Below are positions 24,395 to 40,479 of a stretch of DNA of 58,354 bases, one piece after another. This DNA is from Octopus sinensis (taxonomy: Eukaryota). The stretch's first letter is position 1, and every line of letters begins with the position of its first letter. Where the stretch lies: positions 1-58,354 of the forward strand of contig NW_021833104.1 in NCBI RefSeq assembly GCF_006345805.1, written 5' to 3'. A model generated the notes under the pieces. That model was not told where the DNA came from. It made no database searches and saw nothing but the letters and a program-made list of their open reading frames with translations. A program made the translations under genes and the position numbers.

Positions 24395-24750
24395 GAAATT
24401 GAAAATATGTTTGCATCTCAAGGCGACTACAGTACCAGTGATTGTATGATCTCTAGGAATGATAAAAAAAAAGGTACTGAAACCTATTTCAAAATGATAA
24501 CTGGCTTACCATCCCAACAGGAAGTGCAATAAATCGTATTAGCTGGAACGGCTCATGTACTGAGAAGAGCATTATCGCGGTGAAAACAACATCCATCCAT
24601 GAATTTATTTATTTATCAATTTTTAAATACATATTTTACCTGTGACATTGCGTGTGTAATCTGGAAATGCATACAATGTGCTTCTCTGCCTTAGGTGTAC
24701 GGAAAACACTCGGCGAGAAACGGAAGAAAATTTGAAGAAAGAAAGAAAAA
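24392..24750 (+). mobile_element. Second Dong-like LINE 3' stub in (TAA)n
   Basis: KKGTETYFKMITGLPSQQEVQ*IVLAGTAHVLRRALSR* plus a related 3' UTR (acactcggcgagaaacggaagaaaatttgaag) and a (TAA)n tail. Confidence 0.75.
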
Positions 24751-24753
24751 TAA

Positions 24754-24794
<41 letters not shown>

Positions 24795-24827
24795 TAATAA
24801 TATAATAATAATAATAATAATAATAAT

Positions 24828-25383
24828 AAATGCCCTGATGCAGTACCAAGCAGTGGCTCTCATGGCTTCTGATCTTAACTGATTGGAAGTGTTATCATGT
24901 ACATTGTTTTGTCTCGGTATAAAAGATGGGCTACAGCAAATATTCTGCTCAATGTCACAGATTTGCTTGTCAGTTGTTTGACCTTAACCAGTTGAGCATG
25001 TCCCTTAGTGGCTGACGATATGTGCATCTCTGATCAGGAGCAGAAGTAGTGGGGGAGCATCATAGCCATGTGTTGAGAGGGATTCTTGGGATTTGAATAG
25101 CTCACCTCTGGAAACATGGGTGGTTCTTTCAACATCCTTAAACACACCCTTATTCAGGGACCGTTTGAGCGGATGGGCTACTCAACCTGAAGAAAATTCT
25201 AACTGGGCCCCACCTGCAAGTCATGTGCTGTTTATCTTGATATAAGATCACCATGTCGCGCACATATGGTTGTGATGCATGTGCCTGGTGTACCTTTATC
25301 AGACGGGTAGTCATGATGGGTATATTGGGCTTCGTATATTTTACCCCAGTGTCACTTTGATGGCATGAACTGCTCTCTCACTC
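24828..25383 (+). mobile_element. Non-coding retroposed element D flanked by (TAA)n (LINE 3' UTR or SINE)
   Basis: A closely similar second copy lies at 35067-35533. Both share the right end ctgctctctca, and the second is truncated on the left. Confidence 0.65.
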
Positions 25384-25429
<46 letters not shown>

Positions 25430-25446
25430 TATTAATAATAATAATA

Positions 25447-25487
<41 letters not shown>

Positions 25488-25520
25488 TTAATAATAATAA
25501 TATAATAATAATAATAATAA

Positions 25521-27505
<1,985 letters not shown>

Positions 27506-27692
27506 GGCGCAGGAGTAGCTGTGTAGTAAGTAGTTTGCTTACCAACTACATGGTTCTGGGTTCATTCCCACTGCGTAGCACCTTGGAGAAGAGTCTTATA
27601 CCATAGCCTCGAGTCGACCAAAGCCTTGTGAGTGGATTTGGTAGACGGAAACTGAAAGAAGCCCGTCGTATATATGTATATATATATATGTA

Positions 27693-27723
<31 letters not shown>

Positions 27724-27910
27724 TTGTACCCCTGACATCGCTTTACAATCGATGCTGGTGTGTTTGCGACCCTGTAACTTAGCGGTTCGACAAAAGAGAC
27801 CGACAGAATAAGTACTAGGCTTACAGAGAATAAGTCCTGAGATCGATTTGCTCGACTAAAGGCGTTGCTCCAACACGGCCACAATCAAATGACTGAAACA
27901 AGTAAAAGGG
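27506..27910 (+). mobile_element. Bipartite SINE family B (tRNA head, internal TA/TG microsatellite, 3' module)
   Basis: GGCGCAGGAGTAGCTGTGTAGTAAG...GAAAGAAGCCCGTCG, then (TA)(TG)n, then ...GAATAAGTACTAGGCTTAC...GACTGAAACAAGTAAAAG. Confidence 0.85.
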
Positions 27911-28280
27911 AAAAATATATAAATATATATATATATATATGTATATGTGTGTGTATGTGTGTGTGTGTATAATGTGTCCGTAATAATTGTATTAATGTTT
28001 TCATCTATTATAATGTGATAACGTTCACATGGGAAATATGATATCGTTGATAAATTAGTCGACTGTTTAAATTGTAAAAATTCTCGTTAATTTTCCTGCT
28101 TCCTGTATGAACATGTGCGAGAGGGTATCACACACATACACACATACAGCCCCCCCCCTACACACACACACACACACAACCCCACACAGCAACACGCACA
28201 TAAAGTAACAAACAAACAACTACCCATGATGTCCACAACAGTTTAAATATATCAGCTAGCACATCACCTTCACTAAGTCC

Positions 28281-28324
<44 letters not shown>

Positions 28325-28985
28325 CACACACAAACACACACTCGTACATGTATTGCATTGAAGGTCAAGTTTAGCGGACGCCTCACATTAGCCACCATAT
28401 CTAATCAATAAAAACCTTAAGTGTCCACCATTTAAGAAGCCACGAACTATTGAAGCACATCTTTAAAATGTTGATTGTTTACGTTGCAAATGGAGTTCCG
28501 TTTAAATTTCTAAATACTAACTGGGTAATTACGACACATGTACACGTGTGAGTGTATGTGTGAGAGTGCTTCAGAGTATATGTATGTGTGTGTGTGAGTG
28601 CATATGCGAGTGGTTGAGCGGTTGTGTATGTGTGTGTGCGTGTGTGTGTGAGTGTATGTATATATATATATGTGTGTGTGTGTATGTATGTGTGTATATA
28701 TATGTGTGTCTATATATGTATATAATATATATGTGTGTATCTGTATATATATATATATATATACACATACATATGTATATATATATATATACATACATAC
28801 ACACATATATATATGATATATATCTACATATACGTATATATATGTATGTATGTATGTACATACATACCTATGTATATATGTGTGTGTGTATTTGTGTACA
28901 TACATACAAATACATATATATGCATTTCCATATGTATATGTGCATGGGTGTGTGGGAGTGCTTGTGTGTGTTTGTGCGTATATGG

Positions 28986-29038
<53 letters not shown>

Positions 29039-29370
29039 TGTGTGTGTATGCACATGCATACATACATACATATTGACATAGATAAATGACGGTTGATTGA
29101 TTTATAATTAGTGTAAATGAGGGTCGAAACTGAAATTTAACCTATCTTATAAAAACTATGGTGGTGCTGGCAGCCGCACAAGAATGAAGACGGGTAGGTA
29201 GGTGGCTGTATGATGTATCGGGAGTTTATTAATGATACCCGTCCAATTTGAAACCGGATACTCGATGCTTTGGAAGATGTCTGTTTCTTTTCAAATTGCT
29301 TTCTTTTGTTTTCATATTTAATTTTTGCTGCCATTTTTGTGTTCGTTATATTGTACTATTTTTCATTGTA

Positions 29371-29420
<50 letters not shown>

Positions 29421-30799
29421 CGTATGTGTACGTGTATACATATTATATACTTAATTACGGTTCATAGCAATTAATAGTCACTGATTTGGGCTTCACCGGG
29501 GTGAGCCCCGCACTACTTATTTTATTGTCGTTGTTGCTATTGTTGTATACATACATGAATGTGTAGGTGTGTGTCTGTGTGATTTTGTGTGTGTGTGTGT
29601 GTTGTGTGTGTGTGTGTGTGTGTGTGTTGTGTGTGTGTGTGTGTGTGTGTGTGTGTCTATTGGCGTATGAATAATTACGTTCAACAGCAATTAACAATCA
29701 CTTGTTCGGGTTTAGTTGAGACGAGCGTCGCATTATATTAAGTATTTTACAATTGATGCTATGGTTGTAGTTATTGTTGTTGTTGTTGCTATTAGTGGTG
29801 GTAATGGCTGTTGGTGGTGGTAATTCTCTTCCATTTTATATAGTATCGTTATGATTTGAAGGAGTTTGGCTGTCATTTCTGTTAGTTCAGAAACCACGTG
29901 GAGGCTACCCCGTGATGTTTAGACATGGTAAAATGTCAGTTAAGTAAGTCTAAGAAAAAAATCGGTCTTATTGAACCAACAAATCTTGTTTATATAAGAT
30001 TGCGTTATTTGATGCCTTCTTCTTGTTACCGATATGATACTAATGTAATTTGAGTGAGATATGGTTGCTATTTCTCGCTGGTGGTGTGATCTGCGAGAAG
30101 CTGTGTTGTCGTTCTTTAACTTCAAGTCAGATATGATCAAGCTAATCCAAAATGCAAGATATTCTTGCCTGTGCTTCTTCGTTCCATCTCATCCAAATAT
30201 TAACTAATTTGTATTTCCAAATTAAAGACTATAGAGTAGGGTTTGTGAGCGATTTAGCTGCTAGTTCTAGCAGATCAGTCATTCACATATGTCTCTACAC
30301 TGACTCATCAAGCACGCTAAATATCAAAGGTATTAGAATGGTGACCATCCCATTTGAATCATCTTGGATTACTTCATCTATGGTCGTTTTTAGTGCCTGC
30401 GGGAAAATTCATATTATACTTACAACGCTAATGAGTGCACCATCAGCGTGCAATATCTTGTGCTCTTAAACAAAACACTTCATCTCACATTGCTCCTGTC
30501 CGCTAAGCTCTAAACGAGCTCCAGCTACAACTGAGAAGTTAACCCTGTGACAGACCAGCGTCCCATTCAGCGAGAAGTGTTGTGACCTCACTCACTTATA
30601 TACCAAGGAAAGTGGGTTAATAGGCTCAAGATAGACCCTATATTATCCAGATGACTTGGGCATATAGGACGAATTATGATATTTCAGTCCTGAAATCTTT
30701 CCGTTGTTTCTTGTGCTCTAGGATTCATAAGACCGGTTGCCAGGTTTCCCTAGTGTATAAGTAACCAATATCACAACATTCTTCCTGAAAGGAACGCCG

Positions 30800-31470
30800 G
30801 TCCACAGCCTGGTTCAAGGCAAGGAATTTTGAGGGGACAAGTCGATTACATCAATACCAGTATTTTATTGTCACTTTATTTTGATGACCCCCAAAGGAAT
30901 GAAAACCAAAATTTACCTTGGTGCGATTTGAACTCAGAACGTAAAGAGCCCTGAAAAATGCGGTAAGTATTTTGATAAACTTGCCAAAGATTCTGCCAGC
31001 TAGCCACATTTCTGAAACCTTACAACAGGCGGTCAAATTTCAATGATATGGTCCCTGCTATAGGCACAAGACCTGAAATTTTGTGAGAGAGGGCTACCCA
31101 ATTACATTCATCACAGCTCTTGATAGATACTTATTTTAACGATCCCGATAAGTTGATTAGCAAAGTCGACCTCAGCGGATTTTGAACTTGGAACGTAAAG
31201 AAGGACGAAATACTGCTAAACAGTTTGGCCAGTGAGCCACCCCGCCGTCTACATTTCCTATATAATAACCCTTTCTACCATAAGCAGAAGGCCTGAAATT
31301 TGTGTGGAGAGTGCCAGTCAATTACATTGACCTCAGTAGTCAACTGTTACTTATTTCATCGACCCCGAAAAGATGAAAAGAAAGTCAACTTAAGGGGAAA
31401 CTGAACTCAGAAGTAAAAACGGACAAAATGCTGCTAAGCAATTTATTCGGATTCCGCCATCCCGCAGCCT
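30800..31470 (-). mobile_element. Three old head-to-tail SINE A-related copies with a different 3' tail
   Basis: Three diverged repeats of ...aaagtcgacctc...gaactcagaacgtaaa...gaaat..., with tails like aaatttcaggtcttgtgcctatag. Confidence 0.6.
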
Positions 31471-32369
31471 TAATTTCCTATAAAATAATACGGATTTTAT
31501 TGTTTGATTAGATAACCTGGATACACTTTCCGATCAAATCTATTAAAATACACTGGAAAAAGTAAATATGAGATCTGAAAATGGGTGTATTATGTGGATT
31601 CAGCACGGAGCACAACCAGTGGTACCAACATCTAATCCCTAAATATCATTCATGTTATATAGATCGGGATCTCAGTCTGCTTCGACGACGTGGATTCAGT
31701 TGTTCGATTTACTGAATTGCTTACTCATTGAACTAAGGTGTTAGTGTCTGATGGTTGAGAATTCCACAGACATGAGAACGTTCAACAAAACTAATGCAGA
31801 TTCAGTGTGAACCATTTTGAAACGACAGTACAATTCAAATAGCAGATACACTCTATCGGGCAGGCTTCATGCAGTCTTTGTCTATTTTCAGAATTCATTT
31901 ATTTTTCTTAAGATTTCCCGGACACATAGGATATTGTAGTCCATGATATACTAAGCAGGTCACATTTGGGTCACTTTTTGTTCACACACAGGTTTACTGA
32001 GTCAGAGCTGAATTGGGGTTAAATACTAATATTCTTAGTTAAATTAATTAATGAGCCCAATTTAGATTTGAAAATTGATATATCTATTTTCCGACATGTA
32101 AAGAGCAATAAAACTGGGCGCGATAGAGAACGCTGATGTTATCAATTACTAGCAGACTGCATGTGCGTGGGTATATGAATATATGTGTGTGTAAGTGTGT
32201 GATTGTGCGTGTGTGTGTGTGTGAACGTGTGTAAGTGTGCATGTGAGTGTGTGTGTGCGTCTGTGTGTATGTTTACTTGTGACAAGTAGATGGTAAAGTG
32301 ACTAGGGAGCACTAATTTTTTATTTGAATTCCATCGAGGTCATTTATGAAACGTTGTTCACTCTTTTTC

Positions 32370-32787
32370 TCTTTTTTTTCTCTTTTTTACTTGTTTCAGT
32401 CATTTGACTGCGGTCATGCTGGAGCACCGCCTTTTAGTCGAGCAAATCGATCCCAGGACTTATTCTTTGTAAGCCTAGTACTTACTTATTCTATCGGTCT
32501 CTTTTGCCGAACTGCTAAGTAACGGGGACGTAAACATACCAGTATCGGTTGTCAAGCAATGTTGGGGGGGGGACAAACAGACACACAAACACACACACAC
32601 ATATATATACATATATACATATATACGACAGGCTTCTTTCAGTTTCCGTCTACCAAATCCACTCACAAGGCTTTGGTCGGCCCGAGCTATAGTAGAAGAT
32701 ACTTTCCCAAGGTGCCACACAGTGGGACTGAACCCGGAACCGTGTGGTTGGTAAGCAGGTTACTTACCACACAGCCACTTCTGCGCC
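32370..32787 (-). mobile_element. Bipartite SINE family B
   Basis: Reverse complement of the full head, microsatellite and 3' module. Confidence 0.85.
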
Positions 32788-32898
32788 TATATACTATATA
32801 CTAATCTGCAGTTTTGTCTGTTTGTCTGTTTTTCTCTTTGTCTGCCTGTCTGTTTGTCTCTGTCTCTGTCTCTCTCTCTCGCTTTCTCTCTCTGTCCT

Positions 32899-32936
<38 letters not shown>

Positions 32937-33324
32937 ACTCCGTATATATCTATGTATACATACATAAGACATACTACTAATATAGGATAAACATTTTTTC
33001 AGAAAAAAATTTCATCAAAAGTGGCAGCATATTAAAATACCTTTAAAGGTTAAAATTATAAACAACTTATAAACAATGGCAAAAGAAAAATTATTTCTAT
33101 GCCAATATGCTGATAACAGACTTTAAATCATCAATTTCCACATTTCATTATACATTCACTATAAGGGGAAGAGGACTGATTGGATGCGATGATTGGATGC
33201 GATCACTCCATTAGAGCAGAAGAAAACAACATTGCATGGTATGTAAAAAAAAAAACTCCATAGAACCACTATTATTGGAAGTAAGAAGGTCATGCTTGTG
33301 TAGGATTGAAGATTGAAAATATAA

Positions 33325-34141
33325 TGTACAAGAACTTGAGAACGAATGAAAGTGAAAATAGGTGGATAAATAAAAGAATGCATGGAAAATTTCATAGGGA
33401 TGTTTAAGATACGTCAGACAGATAGAGAAAAAAAAGATGGCTATGGTTGACTAAAAGTGATTTAAAATCGGAAACAGAAGCTCTAATCTGTGCTGCCCAA
33501 GAGCAAGCATTAAGAACCACTTACATCAAATACAGAATAGATAACACATCAGAAAGTGATAAGTGGAGAATTTGTGGACAAAATCGTGAAACCGTATGGC
33601 ATATTACCAGTCAATGTACGCCACTAGCCCAGGAAGAATATAAGAGATGTCATGACAATATAGCAAGGATTGTCCATTGGGCACTTTCCAATAAGTTTGG
33701 ACTAGACAGAGCAAAACATTTGGTGGTACGAATATAAACCCGAAGGCATCATCGAAAATGATAATGCAAAGATCCTATGGGATTTTATGATTCAGTGCGA
33801 CCACGAGATAGAGAATAGGAAACCAGACATAGTGGTAATTATGAAAGAAAGTAAATGATGCTGGATCATAGATATAGCATGCCCCGCTGACAACAAGGTA
33901 TGCAATAAGGAAGAAAGGAAATTCGATTGATATGACAGGTTAGCTTGGGATTTTAAGCAATTGTTGTCGATGAAAAAAGTGCTAGTAGTACCAATAATTG
34001 TTGGAGCTCTGGGAACAGTGAGTAAAAATCTTGGAACACATGAAACATGGAACACATGGGGGTTGCGATAAGGGTGGAGCACTTGCAAAAAACGGCACTG
34101 CTTGGAACCGCTCAAACACTCCGGATGGTGCTCCAAAAATA
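33325..34141 (+). mobile_element. R4/Dong-clade LINE 3' fragment (CCHC knuckle and RLE)
   Basis: LKSETEALICAAQEQALRT...ICGQNRETVWHITSQCTPLAQEEYKRCHD; RKPDIVVI; DIACP; VPIIVGALG. Confidence 0.85.
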
Positions 34142-34239
34142 AGGGTCATTATATTATTCACTGGTAGTGAACAGCTAAAACCTAGTACATCTCCATCGTT
34201 AGAAGTTGTGCAAAGACAATAAGATAATAATAGGAAAGG

Positions 34240-34790
34240 TTTCATATTGTGGCACAAGACCAAAGTTTGCTTACGAAAAAACCTATGCGGTTAACGTTCT
34301 TCAAAACGGGTCTGACCCTGAATGCAGATTCTGTAATACATTTGAAAATACAATAGACTATCTCGTCACAGGATGTCACGGGAATATGAAAATCGCCACG
34401 ATAGGGTAGGACAGTTTTTATATCGGAAAATATGTAAACATCACAAAGTCAGTACTCCTGCATCCTGAGCCAGCCGCTGAAGGTAAAAATGTCACTATCC
34501 GCAGGGAACAGCGACTGAACGACCCAGGCTAATCGACCAGACATAGTGATTAAAGACGGGGGAAAATACTTGTAGACGAATAGAAAATACCTCTAGGCTA
34601 ATTAAGATACAAAAGATGAGGCATCTTAAAGCGAGAACTGTTCCTGCTATTGTTGATGCCCCAGGTGTGATAAGAAAGGGATGTCAAAAACATCTAGATG
34701 ATATCTCAGGAGAACAATGTCTCAGAGAAATCCAGAAGATTGTGCTAACAAGTATAGCTCGCATCCTTAGAAAAACCTTATCAATTTAAA
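34240..34790 (+). mobile_element. Second R4/Dong-clade LINE 3' fragment
   Basis: DPECRFCNTFENTIDYLVTGC; ANRPDIVIKD; EIQKIVLTSIARILRKTLSI*. Confidence 0.75.
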
Positions 34791-34938
34791 TGTCTGTGTT
34801 GTATTACATGGGGGTATTTTGCTACTGCCTCTGCCGTTTCCCCTCCCTAGGTTTTCATTGATACTGTAGCATCTCTTATCCTTCACTCGCCGTAGGACGG
34901 CGTGTGTGTCTCGGCAAGTGATTGTAACAATAATAATA

Positions 34939-34988
<50 letters not shown>

Positions 34989-35000
34989 AATAATAATAAC

Positions 35001-35066
<66 letters not shown>

Positions 35067-35533
35067 TGGTATAAAAGATGGCCTACAGCAAATATTCTGC
35101 TCAATACCACAGATTTGCTTCTCAGTTGTTTGACCTTAACCAGTTGACCATGTCCCTTAGTGGCTCACGATATGTGCATCTCTGATCACGAGCAGAAGTA
35201 GTGGGGGAGCATCGCAGTCATGTGTTGAGATGGATTCTTTGGGGTTTGAGTAATTCACCTCTGGAAACATGAGTGTTTCGTTCAACATCCTTAAACAACC
35301 CTTATTGAGGGGCCTTTTGAGCAGGATGAGCTACTCGATCAGAAGAAAATTCTAACTGGGCCCCCACCTGCAAGGTCATGTACTGTTTATCTTGATATGA
35401 GATCACCATGTCGCGCGTATTTGGTTGTGATGCATGTGCCTAGTGTAACTTTATCAGACGGGTAGTCATGGTGGGTATACTGGGCTTCGTATTTGACCCC
35501 AGTGTCACTTTGATGGCCAGCACTGCTCTCTCA
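35067..35533 (+). mobile_element. Element D, 5'-truncated copy following (GAT)n(AAT)n
   Basis: Homologous to ~24916-25383. Confidence 0.65.
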
Positions 35534-35666
35534 ATTTTTTCCTTTCTCTGTCTTACCTTAGCTCTCTCTCTCACTCTCCCTCCCTCACTCTGTTTCTCTC
35601 AATGTGTGTGAGCGTCTAGCTACTATGGTTGTATATATAGGTAATTACTTTCACTATCACTTTATG

Positions 35667-35889
35667 TACAATAATCCCTCGCCATATCGCGTTCACATAT
35701 TTCGCACTCACCTATGGCGCATTCAGTGCATCACAGATTTTTGTGGCTAATGTATGTAAATCTATATCACAGTCTCTTCAGTATAACAGGGCTTTTACGG
35801 CCGATAGGCGTTTATATTTCTTTAGATTTTAATTATTTTTGTGGGAGGTTTTGGAACGTAACACCCGCAATAGTCGAGGGATTACTGTA
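35667..35889. mobile_element. Tc1/mariner-superfamily (Tigger/pogo-like) MITE
   Basis: TA-CAATAATCCCTCG at the left end and CGAGGGATTACTG-TA at the right end; TA target duplication. Confidence 0.7.
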
Positions 35890-36164
35890 TGTGTATGTAT
35901 GTGATTATATTATTGCGTGCATGCGCATGCACGTCGTGCGTGTTTGTAGGTGTTTGTGTTTGTTTGCCTCGAGTGCCAAAAATTACTGTCGCCAAAATGA
36001 GCTGAATATCCAGCCAGTCGTGCCAAATCGTCTGCATCCAAGCAGCAACGCCCAATCGTCTCATTCCAGACTTCATAACAATATGAACGCACGCGCAAGC
36101 TCGCGCACACCCTCATACACATGCCCATACAGAGGCACAGGAATCGCTGTGCGGTAAGTAGCTA

Positions 36165-36578
36165 GGCGCAGGAGTGGCTGTGTGGTAAGTAGCTTGCTTA
36201 CCAACCACATGCTTCCGGGTTCAGTCCCACTGCGTGGCACATTCGGCAAGTGTCTTCTAATGTAGGCTCGGCCCGACCAAAGCCTTGTGAGTGGATTTGG
36301 AAGACGGAAACTGAAAGAAGCCTGTCGTATATATGTATATATATATATATGTGTGTGTTTGTGTGTGTATGTCTATGTTTGTCCCCCCAACATCGCTTGA
36401 CAACCGATGCTGGTGCGTTTACGTCCCCGTAACTTAGCGGTTCGGCAAAAGAGACCGATGAAATAAGTACTAGACTTACAAAGAATAAGTCCCGGGGTCA
36501 ATCTGATTCGACTAAAGGCGGTGCTTCAGCATGGCCGCAGTCAAATGACTGAAACAAGGGAAAGATAAAAGATAAAAG
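36165..36578 (+). mobile_element. Bipartite SINE family B, preceded by a ~30-nt duplicated head stub (36134-36163)
   Basis: Full head, TA/TG spacer and 3' module; tail GAAACAAGGGAAAGATAAAAGATAAAAG. Confidence 0.85.
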
Positions 36579-36919
36579 ACACACACACTTACAAACACAC
36601 ATACACACAAATCAGTTAAGGTAGCGCTATGAGCGAATGATGAAGACTCTTTTAAAAGGCCTTGCACGTTGCCAGAAATAGCAGCCAAATCCACGTCAAA
36701 ATCTCACTGTAGTGTCTTAAAATATTAAAAAGACATTTAGTAATAGTATTCTTTATAAATAATAAAAAACAAACAACAATATAAAGTAACTCGAGATTGT
36801 CACAAAACTACATTCATCTTACATCTACTTTATAAGGTTTCACCAGAGAACGCTGTACAACAACAACAACAAGAAAAAGGACAATAACAACTACTACTAC
36901 TACTACTCCTACTACTACT

Positions 36920-36972
<53 letters not shown>

Positions 36973-37456
36973 CAACACTAAAATACCAGTAACCATACAC
37001 TACGACTCTGTTTCAGTTAATTATAAGGCTTGTCCCTCAAGAAAAAAAATATATATTAATTTTAAAAAGAAAATAAAAATTTCAGTGTTTGGCATTCGGC
37101 TTCCTAAAAATACATTAATCTTAGCAGTTTCATCGGAGAAATATTTGGAAATATTTTGGAAGCATTTTTCATCCTTCAGCTGATTATGGCGGGAAATTAT
37201 GTTGTCTAAACGACAGACACTCTGACCGCCTCCACACATGGCATGACCCACGCCTGACCTTATATATCTATATACATATTTATATACATATAGATACATA
37301 TAAATCCACACATACACACACACACAAATATAAACGGAGGAAGGTTGAATGGTAGCGACATGCACGTGTGTGGATATCCGTATACGGTGTATAGAGAAAT
37401 GTACTCGTCCATTGTATGAATAGATATGTTGGTACAAAAGGAAAATAACCACAGAC

Positions 37457-37566
<110 letters not shown>

Positions 37567-37876
37567 GTGAAGAAACGAAGGGGTTCATTAAGAACAGTGG
37601 TTCGTAATTCTTGGAAAATAACAATGCTTATCAGACTGTACCATCTCTTTAAAGATGACTGAAGAACGATTTTATATACAAGCACGCTCACGCACACGCA
37701 CACAGACATACACACCTATATGATTAATGACAGAGTCGGAAGATGGAAGATACGAGTTTATTAATCACTACAATTGTTTCGACTCATCTAGAATCGATCC
37801 CTCACGGGTGGAATACTTAATAACTAGTTTAGGAGCATCTGTCCGTATATATATAGATACACACACACATCTGTCC

Positions 37877-37963
<87 letters not shown>

Positions 37964-38654
37964 TATATATATCGATAGATAGATATGTACATACATACAT
38001 ACGTACATATGTACATACATACCAGAATCTAGTATGGTATTATCCATACAGTTTCAAAGTAAGGTGATTAAAATCAAAATAAGCAACATGAATATCCAGA
38101 AGTAATGCATTACTCCTGGATATCCTTGTTGCTTATCATATATATATTACATATATATATACAAACACACACATACATAGACAGACACACATACTCACAT
38201 ACTGTTGTGTGTATGTGTATGTGTATATATATATATAATACAATTTAATATATATTACAGATACTCAATGACATTTACTATTCTGCTGTTAGCTTCAACT
38301 GTATTACCTACACTCTACACTCAGATAAATGTGCCTGAGTGTTGCATAGATACGGGCAACATTTACCTAATTCTCATCCCGAAACAACCTGTATTCTTTA
38401 ACAAGGATAAAACTGTGAATGATAGAAGGATAGATTCCTATACAGTTTCTGAGTCGATCCCAGGGTATAATTTTCTTGCTGAAATTCCGAAGCAGTTGTA
38501 TCGAACCCAGAACCTGATCATTGTAGCATAACCTATTTAACACTTGGGCCATATTACTGCGTGGTATGTGAGTAACATGGGACTGGGTGTGCGCACATGT
38601 ATCCAAACATAGACAAGCATATCTACTTAGATTTTCTTTCATTCTTGAATTTTT

Positions 38655-39045
38655 TTTACTTGTTTCAGTCATTTGACTGCGACCATGCTGGAGTATCACC
38701 TTTAGTCAAACAAATCGACCCCAAAACTTATTCTTTGTAAACCTAGTATTTATTCAATCGCGCTTTTTTTGCCGAATCGTTAAGTCGCAGATACGTAAAC
38801 ACACCAACATCAGTTGTCAATTGATGGTGGGAGACAAACACCGACATACAAATATATATATACATATATATATATATATATGTGACGGGCTTCTTTCAGT
38901 TTCCGCCTACCAAATCCACTCACAAGGCTTTGGTCGGCCCGAGGCTACAGTACAGGACACCTCCCCAAAGTGCCACACAGTGGTACTGAACCCGGAACCA
39001 TGCTGTTGGGAAACAGGCTTCTTACCACACAGCCACGCTTGCACC
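38655..39045 (-). mobile_element. Bipartite SINE family B
   Basis: Reverse complement of head, spacer and 3' module. Confidence 0.85.
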
Positions 39046-39234
39046 TAAAAGAATAATAATAATAAATGACAGTCAAAGGTCAATCTCGAACTACGTCCGG
39101 CTTCCCGGATTCTATGAACTATATATCCCATTAGCCCTGGACGAGATGCCGATGCATCACAATGTGCCTCTCTATGTTTTTTTTTTTTGGGGGGGGGGAG
39201 TTTCTCAGGTGATGGAACTGGACCAACGTGAAAT

Positions 39235-39556
39235 AATCGGCACTCCGTCGGTTACGATGATGATGATGCCAGTTTGATCCTATCACTGAAACAGTCTGCT
39301 CATGAAATTAACGTGCAAGTAACTGGACACTCCATATACACACGCCTACCTTAATACTGAAGGGGATTCAGCGTGACATTGAATGTAACAAAGCTGGCCC
39401 TTTGAAATATAGATACAACCCGTTTTTCTGACAAGCGTTGACTGAAACAACGTGAAATAAAGTGTCTTGCTTAAGGACACAACGCGTCACCCGGCCTAGG
39501 AATCAAAACCACAACTTTACTATCAGGAGCATTATACCACTAAGCCACGCTCCTCC
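39235..39556 (-). mobile_element. CORE-type tRNA-derived SINE
   Basis: Minus head GGAGGAGCGTGGCTTAGTGG...GATTCC is followed by GCGTTGTGTCCTTAAGCAAGACACTTTATTTCAC, which resembles the CORE domain as I recall it. Confidence 0.65.
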
Positions 39557-39575
39557 AAAATTAAATACACAGGTA

Positions 39576-39632
<57 letters not shown>

Positions 39633-40014
39633 ACAAACACATTTATATATATACATGTATACACATACTTTTGCGTGTGGAATGACTTTTCATCACTAGC
39701 TCACGATTATCACACATCTATGACGGGTTACTATTCAGAAACCCGGGTCTGTGAGTATCACGTAAGGCGAAGAGATGGGAACGATGATTTTCCCTCGCAA
39801 ATACTAATCGGAGACAGTGTTTCGTTAGGCAGTTGGAGGAGATTCCTCCTGGGGCTAAAAACAGCAGTAGCATGATCCTCTATGGGACCGCCAAATTTAG
39901 CTGGCAATTATATCTTATGATATATATATATACATACGCACGCACACATAGATACATACACACACACACATAGATACACACACACACACACACATATGTA
40001 TAAATACACATATA

Positions 40015-40168
40015 GGCTTAGGAATGGCTGTGTGGTAAGAAGCTTGCTTATCAACCACATGGTTCCGGGTTCAGTCCCACGGGCAAGTGTCTTCTACTAC
40101 AGCCTCTAGTCGACCAAAGCCTTGTGAGTGGATTTGGTAAACGGAAACTGAAAGAAGCCAGTTGTATG

Positions 40169-40246
<78 letters not shown>

Positions 40247-40472
40247 TGTGTGTGTGTATGTTCATGTTTCTGTGTTTGCCCCCCAATATCGCTTGACAAC
40301 CGATGCTGGTCTGTTTACGTCTCCGTAACCAAGCGGTTCGGCAAAAGAGACCGATAGAATAAGTACTAAGCTTACAAAAGAATAAGTCCTGGGGTCGATT
40401 TTCTCGACTAAAGGCGGTGCTCCAGCATGGCCACCCTCAAATGACTGAAACAAGTAAGAGAGTAAAGAGAGT
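40015..40472 (+). mobile_element. Bipartite SINE family B with an expanded (TG)n spacer
   Basis: Head at 40015-40162, ~100-nt TA/TG spacer, then the 3' module ending GAAACAAGTAAGAGAGTAAAGAG. Confidence 0.85.
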
Positions 40473-40479
40473 ATACATA

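Noticed and set aside
25012-25018. CTGACGA within element D
   Set aside because: No stem II/GAAA arrangement follows.
29940-30469. Unique-looking sequence with a 105-aa ORF on plus and a long stop-interrupted frame on minus
   Set aside because: I recognise no motif and no convincing splice sites; it may be an old TE relic and needs BLASTx.
30500-30660. V-SINE-like fragment (ccctgtgacagaccagcgtcccattcag)
   Set aside because: Too short and diverged to assign without alignment.
35985-36060. Three short cgcc(a/c)aa(a/t)/gtgccaaatcgtc motifs suggestive of foldback-transposon subterminal repeats
   Set aside because: No matching opposite end found in the window.
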